From Octopus vulgaris (lineage: Eukaryota), in assembly GCA_951406725.2 (NCBI GenBank), contig OX597835.1, forward strand, positions 27,652,001 through 27,716,000: a stretch of 64,000 nt of DNA, read 5' to 3'. The notes beneath the pieces are model-generated. The model did not search any database and was not told the origin of the DNA. It saw nothing but the letters and a program-made list of their open reading frames with translations. This document shows, piece after piece, positions 1 to 14,140 of the stretch (its first letter is position 1; the number at the start of each line of letters is the position of its first letter). Position numbers and translations under genes: made by a program.

Positions 1-1163
1 TCAAATCCTAAGTTTTCTGCTGATTAGCATGACTTGAAGAATCTGCTTTGCGATTCTTTCCTGTGACATCCTAATCACATGCCCATAGTACCAAAGCTGT
101 TCCCTCTCAATGTGGAAAAGGAGCAGCTGGAATCTGAAGAAACTTCCTGATCTCCAAGCAACAAAGCCTGTTGAGTAATGTTACTCCAGAGATTGTCTAT
201 AGGAACCCCATTTTGGCCCCTTGTACAAACAGTCAGCTAACATTTGCAGACAACTGATGTTGCTAGGTTCATCAGAAAATGATCTCCAGCAGGCACTGAA
301 TGGAGATTCACTGCCAATTGCAGCAAAGCAGGGTGAGGCAATCACAAGAACAACGTTATCCATTAAGTCCCTTCAAGTGGTAGAGCACAACTTTGAGGGA
401 AATTTTTGTCGCTATTTCTAGCAGGCCACACAACCATGTAGAGGGACACTTGTTGGCTCCTTCTAATAAAGTTTTAACCTGTGGTTAAATGCATTCAGAA
501 TTCAGAGACCTTATTTGTCAGCCTCTCACAAGTTCTGACTGTATATGAAGTAGCATTTATAGATTTATATCTTCATGTGTACATGCACACCTCACCCCAC
601 CACACACACACATGAAGGTACACAAATACACAAACACACATTCTTTGGAGAAAATGTGAAAATCTTTGATACACAAGTCTACAGTATTTTATCTATAGCA
701 CCGTTAATTTTTTCATGTTTTGATTTTTTTTTCTTACATTGTAAATAAAAAGAAACATCAAATCACTATTTCACTTCATGTAGGCGAAAGTTAAGTAATT
801 GTATATTTATTTTTTTTATTTATTCATTTATCTATTTTTTGAACGAAGGAGGGGGTGGGTGGGTGGGTGGGAATTTATTCTTTTAATATTTTTGTTTTCT
901 GCTTCATTCAGGTCTACGTGAACATGAGTGGGAGTGCGAGAGCGAGAGAGAGAGAGAGAGGTGTGTGTGTGTGTGTGTCTGTGTGTGTGTGTCTGTGTGT
1001 GTGTCTGTGTGTGTGTGAGTCTGTGTGTGTGTGTGTGTCTGTGTGTGTGTGCACATTTATTTTCAAAACCAACATCAGTGGAATGGTAAATGCCTAACTA
1101 ATTGATTCTGGTTTATGTATGTAGTTACAGAATAGCCATTGTAGCTAGGAACATAAATAAAAG

Positions 1164-1210
<47 letters not shown>

Positions 1211-2197
1211 AGGAAAGCAAAGCCTTTATCTGTTCAGCATTTTCTGTGAAGTTATTTATCTAAAAGTTCATTCCAACATCTCACTGTGCTTAAAATCAAT
1301 GAATTGAAGGACGATGATAAGCAGAAGATTCAGAGCGTTCTTAAAGATATGCTTCTTCCACACATCACTAATATTCAGACCCAAATATTTGGTGCCATTG
1401 TATGCATTGCAGTTAAAAGAAAAGGAAGAAGCGAAAAACCCAATGAATCAATACCACTGTTTTATTTATTTATTCATTTATTTATTTATGTATATATATA
1501 TATATATATATTTATTTATTTATTTTCTTATTTTTAGTATCAGAAAAATTTCTGTATTTTCATGAACCGATTTTTTCCATTTTTTTTCTTTTTTTTTTTT
1601 TTTTGGAGTTGTGGTGATTGTGGCGGTGGGAGTGGGGGTAGGAATGAGATACGATACGCCAAGAAATATACTACTTAAAACGAAGCGAAAAACAAAAGAA
1701 CCTCCCACCCCACCCCCACTCCATTCGTCACCTCCCCCCACATTTCCTAAGCTAAATAAATTTCAAGGTTAATGTATTAAAGAGGAAACATTTTTGGAAA
1801 TGCCGTTATAGAATAGACCAGCTCTTTACCATCAATAGATGCCATTGAACGCACTTCGTTTCTCAGTACTTGAAATTTTGGAAGACCCCACAAGACCAAA
1901 ATAGATAAGACAAAAAAAGTTAAAAAGGTAACAATAATAAGAATAATGGTTTTAAATTTTGCCCCAAGGGCAGCAGTTTTGGCGGGGGTGGGGTTGAGTC
2001 AATTGCACTGACCCCAGTGTTCAACTGGTACTTGTTTTAGCAACCCGAAAGGATGAAAGGCAAAGTCAACCTCAGTGGAATTTGAACTCAGAACATAGTA
2101 ACAGGTGAAATACCATGGAGCATTTCGTCCAGTGTGCTAACAATTCTGCCAGCTTGCTGCTTTAATAATGATGATGATGATAATAATAATAATAATT

Positions 2198-2480
2198 AAA
2201 AAAAGGTACTGAAACCTATTTGAAAATGATTCCAGGCTTACCATCCCTACAGGAAGTGCAAAAAATCGTATTAACTGGAACGGCTCATGTACTGTGAAAA
2301 CAACATCCATCCATGAATTTATTTATTTATTAATTTTTTAAATATATATTTTATCTGTGAATTTGTGCGTGTAATCTGGGAATGCATACAATGCCCTTCT
2401 CTGCCCTGGGTGTATGGAAAACACTCGACGAGAAATGGAAGAAAATTTGAAGAAAGAAGGAAAAAACATAATAATAATGA
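2198..2480 (+). mobile_element. 3' end of an R4/Dong-like non-LTR retrotransposon in a (TAA)n tract
   Basis: KGTETYLKMIPGLPSLQEVQKIVLTGTAHVL*K resembles the R4-clade C-terminus (QK..L.GTA..LR). Flanked by TAA repeats on both sides. Confidence 0.65.
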
Positions 2481-3059
2481 TAATAATAATCCTTTCTATT
2501 ATAGGCACAAGGCCTGAAATTTTGAGGGTGAGGGCCAATCAAGTAGATTAACCCCAGTACACAACTGGTACTTAATTTATCGACCTTGAAAGGATGAAAG
2601 ACCTCGGTGGAATTTGAACTCAGAACGTTAAGACAGATGAAATTTTGTCCAGTGTGCTAACAATTCTGCCAGCTCGCCTCTTTAATAATAATAATAATAA
2701 TAATGATGATAATAATCCTTTCTATTATAGGCACAAGGCCTGAAATTTTGAGGGTGAGGGCCAATCAAGTAGATTAACCCCAGTACACAACTGGTACTTA
2801 ATTTATCGACCTTGAAAGGATGAAAGACCTTGGTGGAATTTGAACTCAGAACATAAAGACAGATGAAATGCCACTAACAATTCTGGCAGCTCGCCACTTT
2901 AATAATGATGATGCTGATAATAATAAAAATGATAATAATAATAATAGAAGTCTAGGGTACTTGAAAAAAATGATATAGGGCAGTTCTATATTTAAGAGAT
3001 GAGGAATTATATACATTATTTACATTTGACGGATATTGTTCCTCATCTTGTTTGTTGCT

Positions 3060-3105
3060 AACACAACGTTTCGGCTGATATACCCTCCAGCATTCATCAG
3101 GTGTC
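3060..3105 (-). ncRNA. Inverted second copy of the minimal hammerhead motif
   Basis: GACAC-CTGATGA-A-TGCTG(10 nt)CAGCC-GAAA-CGTT-GTGTT on the minus strand. Confidence 0.7.
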
Positions 3106-3282
3106 TTGGGGAAATTTCAAACCTGGGTTCTTATTCCTTAGGCATTTTCCAATGTTATTATTATTATTATTATTATTATTATCGTTGTTATTCAGGTCGC
3201 TGCCTGGAATTGAACTTGGTATCTTGCGGTTAGTAGCCTATGCTCTTAACCCCAAGATTCCATGTTTTATTCCAGGCAGTGA

Positions 3283-3338
<56 letters not shown>

Positions 3339-3391
3339 GTAACATTGAAAAATGCCTAAGGAATGAGAACCCAGGTTCGAAATTTTCCCAA

Positions 3392-3437
3392 GACACCTGA
3401 TGAAGGCTGGTGGGTATATCAGCTGAAACGTTGTGTT
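3392..3437 (+). ncRNA. Minimal type I hammerhead ribozyme motif (Penelope-type)
   Basis: GACAC-CTGATGA-A-GGCTG(10 nt)CAGCT-GAAA-CGTT-GTGTT. Stem I and stem II pair, and palindromic AACGTT replaces stem III. Confidence 0.7.
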
Positions 3438-5294
3438 AGCAACAAAGAAGATGAAGGCAAATATCCGTCTAATGTAAATAATGTAAATGATATAGGACTC
3501 AGTATGGCAGATCACTTCTGAGAGACTCTCATACTTTGCTGCCAAACCAATTCATACTGACAGAGTAAGATTGGAAATAACATATCAAAGAATAGAGGCA
3601 AGAGAAACACAGAGTATTTGCAACAAGATTTGCATAAAAGGTATGCATACATCTTAGAAGACTGCTTGTAGTATCATCCCTTATTTCTTGAGAGTTTTGC
3701 TTTGGCACCCCGTCACTACCTTCTGATCTTTTTCCCAGTTACTCACACCTACCCTTATATAAATGCAGGGTTGTATATGTATGTTCTCTATAGCATGGCA
3801 CCTTAACCCTGACATGAAATCACCTCTCCACCTACTCAAGAACTCATCTCACTCATTGTAGCTTGTTTGTTCCTTCTCGAGCCATGCCTGGCTCATAAGG
3901 GCTGGTTTCCTGGTTTCCTTGGCATATAGGTTCCCCACCTGGACGGGACGCTGGTCCGTCACAGGTGAGCTGCAAGATGCAGGAGGAAAGAGTGAGAGAA
4001 ATTTGTGGCGAAAGAGTCAGCAGAAGTTCACCATTACCTTCTGCCAAAGCTGCGTGGAGCTTAGGTGTTTTCGCTCATAAAGACACACATTGCTCGGTCT
4101 GAGACTCGAACCTGTGATCCCTCGACCACGAGTCAGCTGCTCTAACCCTGGGTGAATGTTACCACAAGTACAAATTCAAGTAAGTGTTAGATATTTTTGC
4201 AGCTATCTCCGGCACTTGGATTGCAACAACATAACCATTGAGATGTACATGATCTATGGTCAAGAGCCTGAGTGAGGCCTTTATTTCATGCAGTGCCATC
4301 ATGAGGCCAGTAGCGTCAAATAACCCCCTTCTCCAAATTTCAGGCCTTGTATCTGTACTAGAAACAACTGTTATTGCAATAATAACTAGTGACCAATGCT
4401 GGAGTGACCATTAAGCAAAAGAAGCACATGCTTAAGGAATCAAGGGTAAGGGGGAGGGGACACCATAGAAATGGTAAATGGTTTACCATCTTTCTGTCGA
4501 GATGCTCTGTGTTTCTTACAATTAATTTTTAGATATAACAAAAAATTTAGTAAAATAACTTAGTTATCATTAAGCTAGGGTTAGGAACACAAATTGTGAC
4601 TAAGGTTTGGTGGAAAGATTTGAATTCAGAACTTTTGAAAACAAGATATTTGTACAACAGAGCCAGGGGTGGTTTCAGATGGGTTGCTAAAATAATATTC
4701 AAAGTGAATTATATGACTGGAAATATAATTTGAAAGTGTTCATGGTGTCATGGTGAGGATCTGATTAAATACTTTGCAATAAAAAAAAAGCAGAAGTATA
4801 CAAAAATAAACATTACTTTCCTTCTTACTGATAATTTTGTTTCATTTTGAAAAATAAAAAAATTTAATCTATGGCTTATTCCTGTTTATATTTTTAATCC
4901 CTTACATATGGGGGCACCACAATCTTTTAAGTGCTCAAGGCCTCTATGGGGCTTAATCTGGCGCTGCCAATGACTTATGGTCTATGGCAGACTTTATGGT
5001 CTATCTGCAGACAAGATGTTGTTCTGTTGCACATAATTCATTCTAGCTTTACAAACACCATGTTCTACAGCAGACTTTTCCTTCTTTCTTCAGACATTAT
5101 GGTGGTTCCATTGTACATTCTTCATTCTATCTTCCGACAACACATTTAACTCACTCGAATGTGTGATGCCTATTTTAAAAATCAATATTAGCATTACCAT
5201 TATTATTGTTATGGACCAATGGAGCAATGTAAAATTTTAGTATATTCTTAGTAAATTGAATCTCTAGCATAACTTTTAAGTCCTTATTGAACTA

Positions 5295-5886
5295 CAAAGC
5301 AACTTCTACACAGCTACTCAAAATGCTAGAAACAGCAACCAATTCTCTTCCAATCACCCTCTGCTCCAGCTATCTGAAAGGAAGGATGTAGTGTATTCTC
5401 TGAAATACAAAAATCCAGGGTGATCATGGTTGGAATGGCTTTCATTTGAAATTGCTCCATCTGAACTGAACTGGCACTCAATATGCCAGAATTAGCGACC
5501 AATTCTTCCTTAAATCACCCTCACCCCTGCTATCTGAAAAGAAAGGTACAGTGTCGTCTCTATAATGCAAAAAGTCGAGATGGTCATAGTTGGAATGGTT
5601 TCCAATGAAAGTTGCAACTTCTGAATAAACTGGTACTAAACGACAAAAATATTGCACCAATATTCTTGGAAAGACATGCTTGCCACAACTGGCAAGTTCT
5701 CCTTCCTTTTCATATCAAAAGTATGGTCCAAACACAGGAAACTATTCTAACATACTTCCAAGGTGGACATAGCCTAAAGTTGAATTTCAATCCTTTGGCT
5801 GTTGTACTATTTTCTCTGCTGGAGTCAAAAGATGAGGTGGCCACCATGGGAATGTCTACTTGATCATGGCAGGTTTGGGGAAAAAT

Positions 5887-5937
<51 letters not shown>

Positions 5938-6495
5938 GGCTACTGCTAGCCTAAAAGAAGCTTCTACACAGTTGCTTGACCTGCTAGAAATAGCAGTTAA
6001 AAATATCTCTCGAATCACTCCATATGCTCGCAGATAAAATGAAGGGCACATTGGAAAAGGTGGTTGTAGATACACAACAGAAAACAAAAGATGGGGTGGT
6101 CACAACTGGACTGTCTATGTTACTGTAGGTGTGCTTGATCATGGGTGGCTAGATGTGAGACTATTACTCTCTACTTTACTAGCTTCAAAGAAGCTTGATC
6201 TGTTCGAAATAGCAGTTAAATATTTCTCAAATCACTCCATACAGTCTTAGTAAAAAGGAAGGGCACATGAGATAATGTGGTTGTAGATACACAAAGGAAA
6301 GCAAAAGATGGGGTGGTCACAACTGGACTGTCTCTGTAATCAGAAGTCTGTTTGATCATGGGTGGCTTGGGGTGAAACAACTGATGTCTACTATAACTAG
6401 CCTAACAGAAGCTTCTACACAGTTGCTTGACGTAGCTAGAAGTAGCAGCTAAATAACTTTCAAGTCACTCCATACAGTTTTAGAATAAGAGTACA
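5295..6495 (+). repeat. Cluster of about 5 diverged copies of a CTGCTAGAAATAGCAG-containing repeat
   Basis: AGCTTCTACACAGTTGCTTGAC..GCTAGAAATAGCAG..AAATCACTCC recurs near 5299, 5480, 5958, 6181 and 6410. The motif is also dispersed near 410, 9883, 38513 and 63486. Confidence 0.7.
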
Positions 6496-6732
6496 TTGGA
6501 ATGGCCAATCAGTAAACCAGCATTACTGTCTCCTCAATATTTTACCCTTCAGTATTTAAGCCAACCATACCTGACCAAAATATTCTACCTGTTTTTAATA
6601 TTCAAATTGGCTAGATTCAACTTCTCATACTTATCCTGCAATGTCTTTGTAAAAGGAGACAACCACATCGTTAAAATATCAAAGCTATGAGATAATGCAT
6701 GATTAATTGTAAACAATGCAATTATATATGTA

Positions 6733-7119
6733 CTAGCAGTATAGCCCAGCGTTGCTCAGGTTTATTTTCTTTTCAAGGAATTTTTGAAAAGTAAGAACTT
6801 TGCATTATGTAGCTTGTTATTCTCTTTATGTGAACATTTTTCTGGTTGTAATACACCGAAAAATGGCGACACAGCAGTCAAAAAATCGTAAAAGATAGGG
6901 ATTTTCATAGAAAAAAAAGCACCTTTTTTATGTAAATAATTTTTGGTGTGAACATGGTCCAATTTGAATTTTTTCTTCTACGGAAGGAAGAGCAAGCCTT
7001 CTTCTATCATACTCTTAATTTTGGTCAACTTGCGCCATAGCGTCTTGGAGGAGAAAGTGTTAGTTAAAGGCTACCAAACCTGCCATACACAGACAACTTC
7101 AGCTTTATATATATAGAGA
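6733..7119 (-). mobile_element. Non-autonomous Helitron
   Basis: Minus strand A|TCTCTATATATATAAAGCTGAAG ... CCTGAGCAACGCTGGG hairpin ... CTAG|T. Nested in a piggyBac-like MITE (about 6541-7157). Confidence 0.75.
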
Positions 7120-7885
7120 TTACATCTGATGAGTAATTGTAATGCCAAAAGATTAAATGGAGACAAAGTTTGTTTATTCTTAATCACTGCTTGGAGCTGA
7201 TGCTGCTATATTTATTCCAACCAGGCAGTCCACTAGTGTAACTCAGTCACTGAGGTTGATTGTCTTTTAGTTAAAGCTATGGCTTTGAATCTGTCCGGAG
7301 TTATCTCCCTTTGGTACTTCTCATTAAGGAAGGCTAAAGAGCTAGAAACACATGTCTGGGAATCCTATAGGGGAAAAGCACTGTGCAGATGTGGTGTTTT
7401 TGCACCTTTTACCATAAGAGAGAATTTTTTCTTTGCAGTAACATCAGTGGATTTGCCTTTAGAAGTTAAAATATGTCACAAACATATTTTAATTAACCAA
7501 AAGTTCATTTATTCCTACTTGCAGTTATAGAACTTCAAGTAGTATTTGGAGAGAGGTGAGAAGAAAAAGATTGAAAGTGATGAGAAACTGGTGTTGGTTT
7601 AGACTGATGAGGAAAAAGAGAAATTTGAAGTGAGACTAATGTTTAAGCTGTGTTCCAGTTATATATATTGGAAGGATATTTCCCTTGGTTCTGTGGGCCA
7701 TTTTTATTTCTCATTGATTTCATTCTAACTCTCATTAGATAAATATACAGCATAATGTTGTGGGGATGTCAACGGTTGGGTGATTAGAATAACAGAACCA
7801 ATTGAGAAGTTGGGAATTCATATTTTATCACTGATGCTGTTGTATTGTTGGGCCCAAATCGCTACCTCTTTATCTTTCAACTTAA

Positions 7886-8105
7886 CCCTTTAGTGTTTAA
7901 CCTGGCCATATCTGGCCAAAATATTCTACCTGTTTTATGTTCAAACTAGTCAGATATGGTCATTCATAGCCACCTTATTGTGTCATTTTAAAAATAAACA
8001 ATCACATCATTGAAATCTCAAAGCCATGAAATGAGGCAAGATTAATTTTACATGTTGTGAATACATAAGCTTTACATTTGACAGAATAATCTGAATGGTA
8101 AAGGG
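7886..8105. mobile_element. piggyBac-like MITE
   Basis: TTAA|CCCTTT ... AAAGGG|TTAA. Other copies at 24256-24474 (opposite orientation), about 6541-7157 and about 44995-45764. Confidence 0.7.
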
Positions 8106-8739
8106 TTAAAGGCTGATAAAGCTGTAAAAATCAAACTGTCAATGTTTCACTTCTATGATGGCGATTATTTAGCTCTACCTACATTGAACAGATCAATGTG
8201 GTTCCAGTACCATTCTGTTACAAAACTTTTGTTGAAATATACTGCCTTTCATCATCATCATCACCATCACCATTTAATGTCAATTTTCTATGCTGGCATG
8301 GTTGGCTGGTTTGACAGGAACTAACAAAGCCAGGGTCCACACCAGGTTCCATAGACTGGCTTGGTTTTTACAGCTGGATGTCCTTCCTAATGCCAACCAC
8401 ATTACAGTGAGTACCGGGCACTTTCTGCTTGACACCATCACCACTGCATTTTACATAGCACCAGTAGCAGTGATTTTTATGTGACACCATCACCAATGCT
8501 TTGAAAGAATTTAGTCGAAATAATTTCGTTGTTAATAAGATGGTGTTCAGAATATAAGTGATATCTTGATGGAAAGTTTAATTTAAAACATGAAGTTTGT
8601 CTCACAGAACAAGGGACAGCCTGAAACAGATTGATATCAAAAGGATTAAACAGATGCTGAAGATTTCCTATACAGAGGGAATAATTACTGTTGAGCATAA
8701 CCAGCCCGTTTATGCGTAGCTTTTCCTTCTTTGGTCACT

Positions 8740-9298
8740 AAACTTTGCTTGCGAAGACCTGTTGAGGCAAGTGAAATCAAAATCATTTCAATGACTGGCA
8801 TCCGTGCTAGCAGGGTGCAAAGAGCACCATACGAGTGTGATCGTTGACAGAGCGGCTATTCGAGTATGATCGTTACCAGCGTCGCTTTACTGGCACTTAT
8901 GCCTGTGCTAGTAGGGGTGCCAAGAACACCATCCGAGCGTGATCGTTGTGATCGTTGCCAGAGCAGCCAATTGGCTTCCGTACCCGTGGCATGTAAAAGG
9001 GCACCATTTGAGCGTGATCGTTACCAGCATCGCTTCACTGGCACCTGTGTCGGTGGCACATTTAAAAAGATTTGAGCGAGGTCATTGCCAGTACCACCTG
9101 ACTGGCCCCCATGCAGGTGGCACATAAAAAGCACCCACTACACTCTCGGAGTGGTTGGCATTAGGAAGGGCATCCAGCAGTAGAAACTCTGCCAGATCAA
9201 GACTGGAGCCTGGTGCAGCCATCTGGTTGTCAGCCCTCAGTCAAAACCGTCCAACCCATGCTAGCATGGAAAACGGACGTTAAATGATGATGACGATG
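8740..9298 (+). mobile_element. SINE-like family C (TGGCACGTAAAAAGCACC repeats, GGAAGGGCATCCAGCTGTAGAAAC, (GAT)n tail)
   Basis: Multiple homologous copies at about 8250-8500(-), 9350-9615, 11620-11850(-), 19715-19940(-), 28360-28520(-), 30017-30350(-), 35400-35797, 45320-45708 and 58370-58615. Confidence 0.8.
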
Positions 9299-10901
9299 AA
9301 AGACTTCAGATGAGTACAGGCCATCAGAACACTTATTAATAAGATTCAGGCTACCATTCGAGCATGACCGATGCCTGTGCCACCTGACTGGCATGTAAAA
9401 AGCACCATTTGAGCATGGCTAATGCCAGTGCTGCCTGATTGGCTCCCATGCTGATGGCACATAAAAGCACTCACTACACTCTTGGAGTGGTTGGCTTGAG
9501 GAAGGGCATCCAGCTGTAGAAACCATGCCAAATCAGATTGGAGCCTGGTACAGCTTGCTAGTTCTCAGTCAAACCATCCAACCCATGCCAGCATGGAAAG
9601 CGGGCATTAAATGACATACGGAGTGGGTGGGGGCAACAGGCTGAGTTCACTGGACATCACACGTGAAGACTAAACCTTGAATACTCAGTGACAAATGGAA
9701 AACTGAAAGGGTACAAAAATGTCAAGGAAAATAAATAGACAAGGTACTTGATGGTCTTCCCAGCTGGCTACAGAAAGACAAACACCAAAACTTGCAAAGT
9801 TGTGTGTGGAAAAGGAGAAGGTAGAGTTTCCATGATTATCAAAGCCAGACAAAATAAAAAGTATGTGATAGGAAGAAGACTTGGCTGCTATTTCTAGCAA
9901 CTTGAATAGCCACACTGAGACTCACTCATTGGCTCTTTCCTGTCTTGGAGTTTTGTTGTTTAAACTTCAAGCGAGCCCTCATTGAGCTAACCTAAAAAGC
10001 TATATTCAAAGACATTCCACCCATGACCCTCTAGCTTTTCTCCCCAGAGATAGCAAATTTATTATATTGTTCAAAGTGTCCTTTCCAAAGCTTTACAGAA
10101 AGTTTGGTAGGTACTTCAAGAATACTGAATGCCAACCTAACACAGAAGAGGAAGGAAAGCATCTTTTTTCAGTATCCCAGAAGCAAACTGCAAGAGGATA
10201 AGAATCTCCTGCTGAGAAAAATATTGATTCTTTCATTATTTTTATGTCCATTTTTTCCATGCTGGCATGAGTCAGATGAGATTATTTTTGAGGCAGTATT
10301 TTACAGCAGGATGCACTTCCTGATACCAAAACTTTACAAATGAATCGATACACAGCTTACATTATAGTTTTAGCCTTAAGCAGTTTTTTTTGCATGTGGT
10401 GAGCATTTTCAAATATCAATACAGGTGAATGGGTTTCTTCACCATGAGGTGAAGGCTTTCACACTGATTCTGTGGACTTTCTAGAGAGTAGCCTATGTGT
10501 AAATGGGTGCAGAAACAAATGTTGCGACCAACTATTTAAGCCTGCTATCCTCCATTATTGTGTTATGTTATTCTTACACACACACACACACACCCATACA
10601 CACACAGACACACACACACATAATGAGAGCATAAAAGCTGGACAGGCAGTTCTTTATGGCATTTACAAGTTACATAAACACACACACACACATACACGCA
10701 TACATAATTAATCAGAAAGCAGAAAGATAGTCGATGGTAGTTCTTCACAAAAAGATAGATATTCAGAAGTTAATGTAAGTAAAAATACAATTGAGAATAA
10801 AGGGGGGAAAAAAAAATCTCAATTTTATTTTTGCTTATGTAACTTCTGAATATCAGTCTTTACGTGAAGGACTAACAATGAACTATCTTTCTGCTCTCTG
10901 A

Positions 10902-10938
<37 letters not shown>

Positions 10939-10977
10939 TATACACATATATATACACACGTACATACATATATATAA

Positions 10978-11008
<31 letters not shown>

Positions 11009-11083
11009 CATACACACACACATATGTATATACATACATACATATATATATATATACATATATACATACATACATATATATAA

Positions 11084-11130
<47 letters not shown>

Positions 11131-11264
11131 TATGTATATACGTACATACATATAATTATACATACATATATACATACATATATACACACATATATATACA
11201 TACATACTATATATATACATATATACATATACATATATACATATACACACACATATATACATAT

Positions 11265-11295
<31 letters not shown>

Positions 11296-11370
11296 CAACT
11301 ATATACATATCTATATGTATGTACATATATCTATACATATAGTTTGTATATATATCTTTACATATTTTTC

Positions 11371-11407
<37 letters not shown>

Positions 11408-13078
11408 AACTTATTTGCAAATGGCCTGGGTCCATAAATAACTTTTATTTTATCTGTATTTTCATTAGTTCGACTCGTGTGTTTCCTACAACCAGCTCCT
11501 GTTTAGTTGGTTTATGTCCCCCATGAACAGGACGCTGGGGTTTAGGAATTCGATCTGGTCTGAGCACTAATCCGGTCCATATCTATTCTAAGCCATTTGA
11601 TGCAGTCTTACCCACTGCCATCGTCATCATCATCAGCATCATCATCATCTACTGTCCATTCTTCGAAATAGCATGGATTGGATAGTTTGACTGAAGCTGG
11701 CCAACTACAGAACTGTCTAGGTTCTGTTTGTTCGTTTTAGCATGGCTTCTGTGGCTGGATGCCCTTCCTAACATCAACCACTTTACAGAGTGTACTGGGT
11801 GCTATCACGTGGCACCAGCATGGGTGCTTTTACATGGCACCAGTACAGATTCTTTGTGTATGTATGTGTTCATTTCTAATAGTGGTGGTGGGGGTTGGGG
11901 AGGGGGGAAGGAGAGATGTTTCTGTGTTTGTTTCTGTGTTTGTGTATCTATAATATAAATTGGACATGGGTGATCATTATATTATTTCTTGTCTTGATGT
12001 TCACAGCCAAACGGCTGGGTGGATTCGTGTGAAAAATGGCACACATGTGGAGACGGGTGCATAGATTGGAATGTGATTTGCAATTATTTCCTAGACCCCA
12101 TAGTTACCAAGAAAATCGATTAAAACTTTTTCTAATGGAATTCCCTTGTTTGTTCTGCCATTAAAACAACCACTTGCTCACACAGCCAGCATATACCATT
12201 TCCCTAGCAACAAGGGGAGTACAGGATGATAGTCAGCCAAAACTTTCGCTATGCTGTCTCTCTTCTTTCATCTCTTTCTGGGGTTAATAATCTTCATCTT
12301 TAGTTACAGTTTCTCATTCAAACTACATAAATTTCTTTAGTGGGGGTGGGGGATTATGTAAAAAAGGAAGTATCTCAATAGGTGAACTTATCCATCCACT
12401 AAACCTAAGTCAATAAATTAAATTTTAAACAAAATTCTCAGCAGGTGTTCAAATAAAAAACTAATTAAAAAATATTGGAAAAATCAGTGTTCCACCATGG
12501 TCCCACTCAAAGATTGAAACCAGACCTGTAAAGGAATTAAATGACTGTGTAGTATACTCAGTAAATTAGAGGTATTTCATTTCACTAGATCTGTTGTCAA
12601 TAAGGAATTACTGTCTCCAAAACTACTTTAACAGTGATGCTCTAGCATGGCCACAGTCCAACGACTGAAACCAGTAAAAGAATTACTGCTACTTCATTTA
12701 GCTTTTCTAGCTGGCAACAAGCAACTTCAACTCTGAAAATAACTAATTTCTACTGATTCACCATGCCAAGTACAAAATGAAGCAGATAAGTTTTTTGCAT
12801 GTCTGAGCAAGGCATTATTAAATAAAACAAAATGCAATTGAAGAAAGAGAAAAGTATTAGAATTTAACAAAAAAATAATAAATTTCAAGAGAAGGCAAAG
12901 AGAAAACTGCATAAAATATTTCTATATATATACATATATATATATATGTATATATTCAGGCAAATATGCACATGTATACACATAAATACATAGACACACT
13001 AATATAAAGATCTATATATGCATATATATGAGTGTGTGTGTGTGTATATGTATATATATATATATATGTGTGTGTGTG

Positions 13079-13134
<56 letters not shown>

Positions 13135-13195
13135 CATATATATGTATATAAATATACATATATATGTATATATATATACATATATATGTATATAA

Positions 13196-13244
<49 letters not shown>

Positions 13245-14140
13245 ATATATATATATATATATATACATACATGTGTAAGTATATAGACATCATACACAGG
13301 GCATCACAAAAATTTGAACCTCATAGGACGAACACAAGATGTTGTTTCAAGATGTTATTCCACCACATCTTCATACTGGCACGAGTACTTTCTTTAAACA
13401 AAACCTACTGGTTAGAGTTTGGAGGCTAGTGACCGTAAAATCATGGGTTCAATTTCCAGGCTGACTAGTGCAGCATGTCATGTCTTTGGTACAAGGTACT
13501 TCATCTTACATTGCTCCAGATCATTTAGCCGAAAATGTGTACTGGCCACATGAGTGGTCATAAGGCTGAAGGGCTTGATCCTGCAATAGGCTGGTCATCT
13601 GTCCAGGGGTTGGTTTATAATATAAGTCAGCAGTACCCCCCACCATCACAGCCTTTTCTGCAGCACAGACCAATTTCATGTATGACAACCTCTCCACAGA
13701 CTAGGGGACCAAGCATGTAACAATACACAGTAAAGTGCATAATATAAAATTGGAGACCTTAATACGTTTTAGGCACAGACATGGCTGTGTGGTAAGAAGC
13801 TTGCTTCCCAGCCACTTGGTTCTAGGTTCAGTCCCACTGCAGGGCACCTTGCAGTGGATTTGGCAGATGGAAACTGAAAGAAGCCTGTCATGTATATATG
13901 TGTGTGTGTGTATTTATGTTTGTGTTTGTTCCCCACCCCCCACTAGTGTTGATATTTTTATGTCCCCATAACTTAGTGGTTCAGCAAAAAGAGACCAACA
14001 GAATAAGTACTAGGCTTTAAAAAGTCCTGGGGTTGATTTGTTTGACTAAAAACCATTCATGCAGTGCTCCAGTATGACCACAGTCAAATGACTGAAATAA
14101 GTGAAAGAATAAAAGAATAAATATATGATGGAACGAGAAG

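Larger units (their letters stand above)
3009..3487. mobile_element. Head-to-head inverted pair of a non-autonomous Penelope-like element with a tRNA-like head and (AAT)n
   Basis: About 3009-3250 is the reverse complement of about 3251-3487, and each arm carries a hammerhead motif. Confidence 0.6.

Noticed and set aside
1-421. Short ORFs in GC-balanced sequence at the window start
   Set aside because: Stops in all frames and no recognisable domain or splice pair; possibly a decayed transposon.
1260-1420. Minus-strand frame DVWKKHIFKNALNLLL resembling the UNC-13 pre-C1 motif, and plus-strand ORF 1286-1537
   Set aside because: Similarity stops before the conserved IYPIS/C1 residues, the frame ends in a stop, and splice sites are poor.
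5740-5815. Minus-strand AG...GTATGT exon-like segment
   Set aside because: The acceptor lies within the local CTGCTAGAAATAGCAG repeat family and the peptide is unremarkable.
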